Source of the DNA: Mytilus californianus
Taxonomy: Eukaryota
DNA length: 64,000 nt
Direction of reading: 5' to 3'
NCBI RefSeq assembly: GCF_021869535.1
Contig: NW_026262581.1
Location: forward strand, 77,190,001-77,254,000
Shown: positions 53,740 through 64,000 of the stretch, in pieces
Layout: each line of letters opens with the position of its first letter
Numbering within the stretch: position 1 is the first letter of the stretch
The notes under the pieces: generated by a model
The model's input: only the letters and a program-made list of their open reading frames with translations
Told to the model about the DNA's origin: nothing
Databases searched by the model: none
Program-made: the position numbers and the translations under genes

Positions 53740-54342
53740 CCCCAAAAATGACAAAGTTAAAATATCTCCCAAAAGAGCAAATATTTATAAAAATCAAAAT
53801 CCTGACCACATGCACACCTTCAATACATGTACAAACAGCCAGCAAAGTGAAACCTTCCTAGCATTCAAACTGTACATGCTGTAGGAGAAGTTATCTGGAA
53901 GCGCTCCTCTTATACAAGTGAATACTCCAAAAAATGACAAAGTTCAACTATCTCCCAAAAGAGCAAATATTAATAAAAATCAAAATCCTGACCACATGCA
54001 CACCTTCAATATATGTACAAACAGCCAGCAAAGTGAAAACTTCCTAGCATTTAAACTGTAGGAGAAGTTATCTGGAAGCGCTCCTCTTATGCAAGTAAAT
54101 ACTCCAAAAAATGACAAAGTTCAACTATCTCCCAAGAGAGCAAAAATTAATAAAAATCAAAACCCTGACCATATGCACACCTTCAATATATGTACAAACA
54201 GTCAGCAAAGTGAAAACTTCCTAGGATTCAAACTGTAGGAGGAGTTATGCGGAATAACTATATACCCATAATGGGACGGACGGACGGACAGACAGGGGTA
54301 AAACAATAAACCCCCCAACTTTTAGTTGCAGGTACATAAAAA
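53740..54342 (+). mobile_element. HINE (5'-truncated) with ~177-186-bp tandem units
   Basis: aaaatgacaaagtt at 53745, 53931 and 54108; ends gggacggacggacggacagacaggggtaaaac...ataaaaa. Confidence 0.75.
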
Positions 54343-56384
54343 TTAAGTGGCATAACTATAACAATGTATTGACACATAGGACTGGAAAATGTTATCAACA
54401 TGAATAGGAATGGTTCTTTCACAGGAATTCAGTTTCAATTCTGTATAACAGATCGGATCAAATTTACTAATACCAAAACTTACTTTAGCAGGAAAATTTT
54501 AACAAAACATTCTATTTTTTATTAAGGGGGGAAGTGTGCTCTTTTATGTTTTGTTGATCTTAAATGTATTTAGCTTTCAACACTTTGAGTCATGTACATT
54601 TGTACCTGAAAGAAGATTATTCCAGATAGTGCAATCATCATCATCTGTGCATAGAAATGATGTTTATGAGTATAATGGGAAAATGTGAAAACATAGTTTA
54701 TTAATAAATGGAAAAACATTGTTCATTTTTCAGTTGTCTTTCAGTAAATGAGAGTATACTTAGATGAGAACCTTGTGTTTTTGTCTTTTAAAAGGCATTT
54801 TTGTATATTTGTAATACAGATCTCTTTCTTTTGTTGTTTTTATAATAAATCAGGCCATTGTTTTTTCTCTTTTGACTTGATTTATATTTTGTCCTTCCTG
54901 TGTCTTTTTTTAGCTAATACTATCTGTATGGGTTTTGCTCATTGTTGAAGGCAGTACTCTGACCTATACTTGTTAACATCCTTGTCCTTTTGGTCTCTGG
55001 TGGATAGTTCAGGCAATCAGTTTATACTACATCTCTTTATTTGTATATAACACTATTGCATGTCTGGAATAAGGAAGAAGCCATTTAAACAATGAAAGAA
55101 AAAAGTATTAGCATATAGTTTTACTAAATAAAGGAAATCTGAGAATATCTGATTCATCCAATAAGGTGTTGTATCGTTTCATCTTAGGATTATATCTAAA
55201 ACAATCCACAGATTCAAGAAATTTTCATTTTCAGTTTCATCTTTCTGTTCTATAATCTTTTATTTTATTGATGACAGTAAAGCGGTGCATTAAATCTATT
55301 TCAGTTTAAAGTTCCGTAAATGAGAAGTACATACAATGACATACATGTGAGTGTTGTGCTATAATACCCCACCCACTTATTTATTTCAACAGCTTGTCAT
55401 TCTATTTATTCATTTACAAATTATTGCAAATGAGGCATTTCAATTTCAAGTAGTTGAGGGGAAAAAAAAGCCATTTCCATAAGTTAATCCCAAGAGGTAT
55501 TGGAGATCTGAAAATTTTCTATAAAGCAGAGTAAATGTGATTAGAAATGGTGATGACGAAAATTGAAATATAAATAATATTCTCTAGTACAGTATTGTGA
55601 AATAGAATGGGATACTGGAGAAAACAATACCCCTATAAGCAGTGGAAAGTGTCCTATAATCAGAAATGGAAGGGATTATACTCTAATCAAAAGTCCCACT
55701 GACACTTGCAGTGATGATGCTGTTGTAAATAGGCAATGTAGAAGAGTCAGAACATTTGATTTTTACATGAATTCCACTATTTTGTATTGCTAAAGCAAAA
55801 GAAAATATATTCACCAAAAGGCAAACAAATTATATGTAGTAAAATTTACTATTGTGTAAGTGAAAATCTAATTTGACCCAAAGGATGTTCTACATGTTAT
55901 ATTATATAAGCCCTTTAATTTTCAAATGACCCCCTCCCTCCCCCCCCCCCCCAAAAAAAAAAATAACATAAAAATAAAAAACATATTTATGGGCATTTAA
56001 AATCAATGTAAACCCCTCTCAGGATGGGAAGGGATTCTAAATTCAGAAGTGGAAGGATATCCTCTATAATCCAAAGTGGGAGGTTAAATCTATTTTAGAT
56101 GAGGAAGGGATGTAACACAATCAAAAGTGGATGGGATGTTGTCATAACAAAGACATCCATCAGAAGCAAAGAAGACACTCTTATCAGAAGTGAAGACAGT
56201 ACTCCATTTCAAGAATGGATTGAATACATTTTCTATCAAAAATTATAGATCTTGAAAAAAAGAGCAGAAGGTGATTGGATAGTTTAACAAGAAATGTAGG
56301 AAATATATCTACCAGAAGATCACATATTAATGTATGAGATTCAATAATTTAGAGAAAGTTAAGTACTCTCTAGAAAGAAGTCTA

Positions 56385-56640
56385 TCTTCTCTGGCTGGAG
56401 GTTTTACTGTAGCGACAGCTAAAAGACATAAGAGGGGCTGGTCAAAGAAAGGTCTGTATTCTCTGGCTGGAGGTTTTACTGTAGCGACAGCTATAAAACA
56501 TAAGGACTGGCCAAAGAGATGTCTGTATTCTCTGGCTGGAGGTTTTACTGTAGCAACATCTATAAGACAGAAGGACTGGCCAAAGAGATGTGGTTTACTC
56601 TGATTGCAGGTTTTACTGTTGCGACTACTGCTCAACAAAT
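56385..56640. repeat. GC-richer 69/72-bp tandem repeat x3.5, open in frame on both strands
   Basis: tctctggctggaggttttactgtagc at 56388, 56460 and 56529, degenerate at 56597. Confidence 0.9.
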
Positions 56641-57071
56641 AAGCTGTATCCTTACACAACCTTACGAACCATTGTTCAAGGTCTGTGAGATAAGTCAGTA
56701 TGTAAAAACCATCTGTTTGTGTTTAATGCACCACATACTTTCTTCTACATCAGTAATCAGTAGGTAAGTGAGGCTATTATAAAAATATACAGAACCTTTT
56801 TCATCACCAGTAATTAGTATAAAACACCTCCACTTAGACAAGATGTTCTTGCAGGTTAAAAGTTTTATTTTTTTTGTTCTAATATCTGAACATGGTAAAG
56901 CAAAGGGCACATACAATAACAGATTGTTTTACCAATTCAAGTAGACTGGTTTAAAATGCAGTGGATTTTGTTAAAGACCTACATGTAACAAGATAATAAG
57001 TGATGATAGAGCCTTCCAGGGCCAGTCTCTTTATAATGTAAAACCCTGGAATATAATAAAAAGACATAAAA

Positions 57072-57945
57072 AAAACTAGAGGCTCTCAAGAGCCTGTGTC
57101 GATCACCTGTATCTACTGTGTTTTTGGAAATCATGTAAAATAAGGTTAAAATCATAATAAATAGTATTAGATACCCTAATAATGACTGAGGCCAAGTTTG
57201 GTTTAATTTGGCCCAGTAGTTAAATTGAAAGCAGGTCATCCTATTTTAATCTAACAATAGTTACTGAAGACCCCTTATCATTATTTAAATTGGTTTTCAA
57301 GTTGTGACCATTTGAAATTGTTTTTTTTACAATTTTTCCTTAGCCATGTTGGTAGGATGACAGTGAGTGAGGGTCATCGGATACATTTTTCAATCAAGAT
57401 ACCCTATTGAAAATTGTGGTTAAGTTTAATTCTTTTTGGCCCAGTAGATTAAGTGGAGAAGTTTTTGTAAAAGATTACAAACATTTACGAAAAAATTGAC
57501 TATAAAGGGCAATAACTCCTTAATGGGCCAATTGACAATTTTGGTCATATTGACTTATTTGTAGATCGTACTTTGCTGAACATTATTGCTGTTTACAGTT
57601 TATCTCTATCTATAATAATATTCAAGATAATAACAAATAACTGCAAAATTTCCTTAAAATTACCAATTCAAGGGCAGCAACCCAACAACGAGTTGTCTGA
57701 TTTGTCTGAAAATTTTACAGCAGACAGATCTAAACCTGATAAACATTTTTACCCTGTCAGATTTACTCTGAATGCTTTAGTTTCAGAGATATAAGCCAAA
57801 AACTGCATCAATAGATATAAACAATTCCCCAAAGTTTCATGACAATTGGTGAGAGCGTTTTTGAGTTATTGTCCGTAGTGTTGACGACGGACAGACAGAC
57901 AGACAACGGTATACCATAATACCTCCCGTAAACGGGCATATAAAA
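57072..57945 (+). mobile_element. HINE related to family B (same 5' end and internal unit, different 3' hairpin)
   Basis: aaactagaggctctcaagagcctg start; body similar to 17770-18600; ends (GACA)n then cccgtaaacggg hairpin and atataaaa. Confidence 0.7.
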
Positions 57946-58343
57946 TCAATTAATTTACATGTACCTCAGTTTATGACAGTATTCAAAACAATCCTCCTCT
58001 TACCTACACTGAGTTCCTCCCCCATATTAATACACTACTAACACACATGTGATTAATTAACTGATGATGTATTTATCTAGACAAGAAGTCAACATACATA
58101 TATATCACTTCCTATATCTGATGACCATGTAATCCTAATATAATATTTGCCTAAAAATATCTCATTTTCAATATATGCATGTATATATATATATGATGTG
58201 AATTTATACTATTTCCTGTTGTGTACTACATATTTTCTCATGTTGAAAGTTCCAATATTGAAATCCACTCAATATATATTCAGTATTCTCCCGAGAATTA
58301 AGAGACACCAAATTGTCATAAAGAAGTATATATACATTGTCTT

Positions 58344-58450
58344 AGAGTTGGCTGAGTGGTCTAAAGCACTAGACACAGTGCAGGTGGTGGTGCTGATAAT
58401 GTTACAGCAGTGGTTCTAATCACACTGTCGACTGAGAGAAGAAAAATTTG
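58344..58450 (+). mobile_element. tRNA-like SINE head fragment
   Basis: ttggctgagtggtctaaagcac (A-box-like) and ggttctaatcac (B-box-like); no complete cloverleaf. Confidence 0.45.
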
Positions 58451-60167
58451 CAAACACAAATTTGCAGATCTAACAATATTTAGTTAAATTTCAAACTAAG
58501 TACATGTATATAAATTTCAGTTAAATCTAGAAAAATAGATAGAAAAAAAAAAAAGGAAAGCCAGATAGTTGTATGATCTAGTGCACAATATGGCTTTCAT
58601 CATCAAATGATAGAATGACTAATGTAATAATGATAGAATGCCTATACAGTACTTATCTAACACCCCCTCCAACAGAAGCTGAACATGTAGTGATATGTAT
58701 CAAATGATATCACCCTTGACAAAACAGAAACAACATCACAACCCCAATCAAAGGTTGAACAGTAGTCTACGTTATCTTCCTCATCACAAATCTCTCCCTG
58801 TAATTAGGAAGGAATGTCGGTAATTGTCTATAATAAACAAATGTTATACTAAACAGTCATTGTTTCATATTTTTTGTCATGCATAGCAGTCTGCACCAAA
58901 ATCTTTTCCAACTACTAGATCGAAGACTAATATTCCGACAATTTTCTTATGTTTATAAACAAATATTTGCAAATACTTTAATTAGTCCGAATAAAATTTA
59001 ACTTGTCTGGGGCATCTGACTAGTGGCTAATGGTGCAGACTGGCATAGACCTTTTATAGCTTAATGTATGGTGTGATTTTTGCTCATTGTTGAAGGCCAT
59101 ATGGTGACCTATAGTTGTTTAAACTCCTTGTCCTTTGGTCTTTGGTGGATAGTTGTTTCATTGGCAATCAAACCAGTGTCATTCCCTTATCTACCAATGG
59201 TTACAACTCTTTTTCCTTTCTGGTTGCATTTTGTGTTTTTGTTTTGTATATTATAGACATACCTATTGAGTGTCAAAACTGAGTAGTAAAATGTGTCTTC
59301 TTGTTAATAAATATTTTAGCAGTACCATCTCATCAGAGAGACACCCAATTATACAAAAACAATAATACTACAAACTATAATATTTTCTTTTTATCTTTAT
59401 CTTAGAGGGGTTATTTTGATTTATATACATATGTTGATAGATATATGTATTTGTGTGTTTACATTTATATAATGTCTTTTTCATAAATTGTGGTATCAAT
59501 CCTATAATTTTAAATTAGAAGCCATTAAAAAATTCTTATTCTTGCATGTTATTTATTTGTGTCAAAATTTGTAAAACGTCTCACCTGTTTCATTGATCAT
59601 GATGGAATTTTATATTGAAAGTCTTTCAGATAAAGGTTTTAAACTTAACATTATCCATGAATCATGAAACTGAGGTCAAGATCAGATGAACTCTGCCAGA
59701 CCAACAGTCACAATGACAGTACATCTAGGAATCATTCCATACAGTGAATACAATTGATCTTTTGGCTAATCTGAGAAACACCTAACCACGGAAGCTTTAG
59801 GTTGACCAATGAACTATATGAAAATGAGGTCAAGGTCATATGAACACTGCTACACAGACATGTACATCTTACAATCATTCCATACCAAATATAGTTGACC
59901 TATTACTTATAGTATTTCAGAAACAAAGTTTAACCATGAAAACATAACTGTTACATTATTATCTCTGACAATGCATTACAATCGACTTATTCATTATTTG
60001 TAGGAGTTGGTATTCCACAATTGTGTTTAGTCATACAAAAAAATTATTGAAACTTCTATAAAACATGAGTTTCAATCAAACCACCACTACACTCAATGCC
60101 GAAGTTATAAATCTTTTAATTCATAAGACATTTAATTTTTTCATTGGAAGACACGAAACAGTTTAGA

Positions 60168-61188
60168 AAATAAATGTGGATAGTGTCCACATGTGGACAC
60201 AGATGATGCCCCCGCTTGCAAAGCATATAGTTATAAAGGGACAAAACTGAAGAACGGTAAAAGTGACGCTATCCAAATTTGAACTTGATCTGAGTTTTTG
60301 TGGTAATAAGCATTGTGTGTAAGTCTCATAACATTTGGTTGAGGCTAACTTAAGTAGAGAACAGAAACTAAAAATTCAGCAATTTTTCTATTTGTAAACA
60401 CGCATAACTCTAGAACGGTTGTGTATAAGTTTTATAACATTTGGTTGAGACAAACTAAAGTTAGAGAACGGAAACAAAAAATTTGTACTTGATCTAAGTT
60501 TTGTGGTAATGAATATTGTGTATAGGTTTCATAATGTTTGGTTGGGGCAAACTTAAGTTACAGAATGGAAACTAAAAATTTTGCAATCTTTCGATTTATA
60601 AAGGGGCATAACTCAATAATGGTTAAAGTGACACTTCCCAAATTCAACTTGATCTGTGTTTTATCAGTGGAAGTCAAAATTAAACATTGCATTGTATAAA
60701 GCATTGATTGTAGTTGATTCAACTATACTCATGGACAAAGGAAGATAACTTTTTAAATTTTAAAAATTACTTGATATTTAGAAGAAAATAAAAATTTTGC
60801 AATTTTTCCATTTTTAAAGGGCATAACTCTAGAGCAGTTAAAGTGACGCCACCAAAATTCAAACTTGATCTTTGTTTTTTGGTAATTAACATTGTGTATA
60901 AGTTTCATAACATTTGGTTGAGGCAAACTAAAGTTAGAGAACGGAAACTAAAAATTTTGTAATTTTTCCATTTATAAAGGGGCATAGCTATAGAACGGTT
61001 AAAGTGAAGCCACCAAAATTCAAACTTGATCTGTGTTTTGTGGTAATAAGCATTGTGTATAAGTTTCATAACATTTGGTTGAGGCAAACTCAAGTTAGAG
61101 AACGGAAACCAATTTATGGACGTACGAACGTACAGTCGGACAAGGGTAAAACTTAATGCACCCACCGCTACTGCGGGGGCATAAAAAA
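60168..61188 (+). mobile_element. HINE family C, longest copy, with an interruption near 60660-60790
   Basis: Perfect 18-bp palindrome gtgtccacatgtggacac (60183-60200); 5' ATGCCCCCGC matches 3' GCGGGGGCAT exactly; several ~160-bp units. Confidence 0.85.
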
Positions 61189-64000
61189 TAAAGATTTTAA
61201 CTGACCAACAACATAATGGACTGTGTTATCAATCAATAGATACTTTAACTTCCCTCAGAAACATTCCACTTACCCCAATTAGCCTAAAAACACCAATGAT
61301 AAAACAACCTCCCTCAATAGTCAAAATTACAGCAAATGTCCTAAAACCATATGGTTACAACACAACTGTAAAATTTTTAAGACTTCCCATTCTAGACCTA
61401 GGTGAACATCAATTTATACTTTTAAAGCACTATTTTTAAAAATTTTAATAAAATCTTTTTGGGCTGCATTCTTTTTCTTTTTTTCACATCTGTATGTAAA
61501 TTTTTGATGGCAATTAACCAATTTTCCCCATCACACTATTTGTTACAAAGTTGAGATATCACCATCAAAGTTTCTCCTTCATCTATAGCCACTGGCATTA
61601 TGGCTACTTTCCAAACATAGATTTCACTCTTTTCTTATTATAGTTATAATCTGTTTCAAGTCATTGATTACTTTATTTCTGTAAGTTATATATATTGATC
61701 CTGAGCAGTCCACAATATATCTATTGTCCCTTTCTGTTTCATGATGGAAAATTTAGGACACAAAATCAACTAGCCCTGTGTATAGCCATTTGGTTTGACA
61801 ACTACGTACAGAGTTGGTGCAATTCGGATCTACCCCGTCTCCCCTAACCTCTCTGAATTGTTGAACGCTATCATTTTGCATTAACCATAATATAATGGCG
61901 TAAATTAGATATACATTACTGGTCTCTAACTTCAATGACTGCAGGTACATTTAAAGACAAATACTTGCTACATTCATTTTGACAGAAAATGGGTGTCTTG
62001 TACAATTAAAATCCTTAAAAATTCATAGCATTATAATAAGTTGTTTTCCTGCACATTGAAAGTGTTATTACAAAATGCCTTTTTTCTTTATAAGTTTCTT
62101 TACAAATTTTGAGATACAGACGCTGAAAAGGGGGGGGGGGTCTAAACTAGGCAATGTTAGGAGTGGAACATGTAATAAAATTTATGCATTAACCATTTGT
62201 GTAGCTCCATAAGGGGGCTACCCCCTCAAATTATCTCTGAACTGAAAATGACTACAAGACTACAAAATTCTGTTTCAATATTAACATAAAAAAAACAGGA
62301 AATCTCTTATACTTATGTATATATTAACATGGCTGGTTAACCTTTACTTTACATTTAAACCCATCAAATAAATCTAAAACCATCTGTTTTATTCCACATT
62401 TGTTTGTTTTCTTTAATCCCTAGAATACACATTATATACAGCTGAAGGATAAGATCTCTGTCTTATAGGTATACAACTTACACAAACCAAAAAGCCAAGT
62501 ATTTCTACTGAACTATAGTTATGTTTCATAAGGTCCATAATTAGTACAATTATGATATAAAATCAATGCATGGTTTTTCAGAATCAAGATTCCTAACAGT
62601 AAAAATATATCTAAAGAAGAAAATTTATGTACATAAACATCCCAGCTGCTTATGCATTTGTGAAAGAAAAATGTATATTTACCTTTCCCTAAAATGAGTG
62701 TGAGTATATTTTACCTGGAAAGATGGTAACAGAATAATATATCTATAGTCCAGTGATTTTAAATTCCAAGATAATCAAAGTTTAATTCCAAGGAAGCCAT
62801 ATTTTTTCTTTCCTGTCAAAGGGAGATTACTGATGATCATAAATTATATAATTTAAGTTCAACTTCTCCCTCTACGAGATCATACTATACAAATATTGAT
62901 ACAATGAAGGAATGCTTTTTATGAATGACCAAATTAATCCATACTATAGGATCCAATTTAAATGCCAACCTTAAATAAATTAAATAGTATTTCGTCAATC
63001 TGAAATACTATAGAAAGAAGTCTTATTGCGCTGACAAAGCAAACTATTCTTGCATGAATATTCCGATGTAAATATCTATAGGTTGATCGACAGAAAATCT
63101 TTAAATTGGTCACTGATTTCTGAAATCCAATCTTTAAAATACTGCGAAATTTGTAACAAGGACATCCCTTGTTTACATACTAGGAAACAAAGGCGTTAAT
63201 CATGGATGACGACAAACTTTCTATATACAGTCACTATGAGAAAACTATAATAAACCCTTACTACAATATTATAACAGATTTGTGACACCTGTTACCTTCA
63301 AGGACTTAACTTTTATGTTAATCAGTTTGTGATAATTATTTGATTGATTATTCAATCTTTGTGAGATACTGGCAGCTAAAGTGTTCAAATAATACAGATT
63401 TAACAGCTAACACCCATTATCTATACAACTTGAGTTGACAAAAGCATGTTTTTGCATTACAAATTAATCAGCTAGTTAAATCGTCCATATCAATCTTCTT
63501 ACACTGTTGTAAACCTGGAAATATTAACCTACTGGCTAAATGTTCCTTGTCAAATATCAAAATTAATATTTTAATTTTCCTAAGAAATTAAGTAGATACA
63601 AGAAGTTTGCTATGAGTTGTCAATCTCATTAGTAAAGGAAAACCTGTTACAAGATAACAGATCAATCAATAGTTACACATTTTGTGTTATTTTTAACACA
63701 CAGCCAAAATAAAATGATGCTCTCATCAAATTCTATGGAGGTAATGATAACAAGAAGTACTTACCAGTGTAATATTAATCCATAGATATATAAAATACGG
63801 TAATCTTGACATAAAATTAACATAAAATCTGCTGGTTTGTACAATCAATATACACTTTCACTGGTCATTGCCTATACACCACTAAATTATACACAGAAAA
63901 AATGTTGGTGGATAAAATACACATATACTTCCCAACTATTGTAGAAATGTGCAACCTAGCTTGTACATTTTGCTATGGAAACCAATTGTGATCTTATTGT

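Noticed and set aside
58344-58450. tRNA gene
   Set aside because: A/B-box-like motifs only, with no acceptor stem or anticodon arm; treated as a SINE head.

Overview
AT-rich eukaryotic genomic DNA, probably a bivalve mollusc. That assignment is inferred from the repeat families (Mytilus-like HINE, SINE and Penelope-like elements). One gene dominates: the 5' part of a plasma-membrane Ca2+-transporting P-type ATPase (PMCA, ATP2B family) on the minus strand. Six constitutive coding exons (34271-34454, 29605-29802, 25898-26128, 15114-15239, 14077-14241, 859-1044) have canonical AG/GT ends and phase-1 junctions. They splice into one open frame of 363 codons covering the N-terminus, TM1-TM2, the actuator domain (TGES) and the loop leading into TM3. 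The gene runs off the left edge, and its 5'UTR exons and promoter lie to the right. Best candidates for something new: (1) three frame-preserving microexons (24, 36 and 30 nt) hidden in the 13-kb intron at the position of PMCA splice site A; (2) two candidate 5'UTR micro-exons that would each create an 11-codon uORF ending at the same stop 8 nt before the PMCA ATG; (3) a dozen or more non-autonomous Helentron-like (HINE) elements all in one orientation, opposite to the gene. The rest is intronic: MITEs, long fold-backs, tRNA-SINEs, a truncated Penelope-like retroelement and hierarchical minisatellites. I see no CRISPR array, rRNA, intact tRNA or prokaryotic-type system. All splicing claims are predictions from sequence and need RNA evidence.
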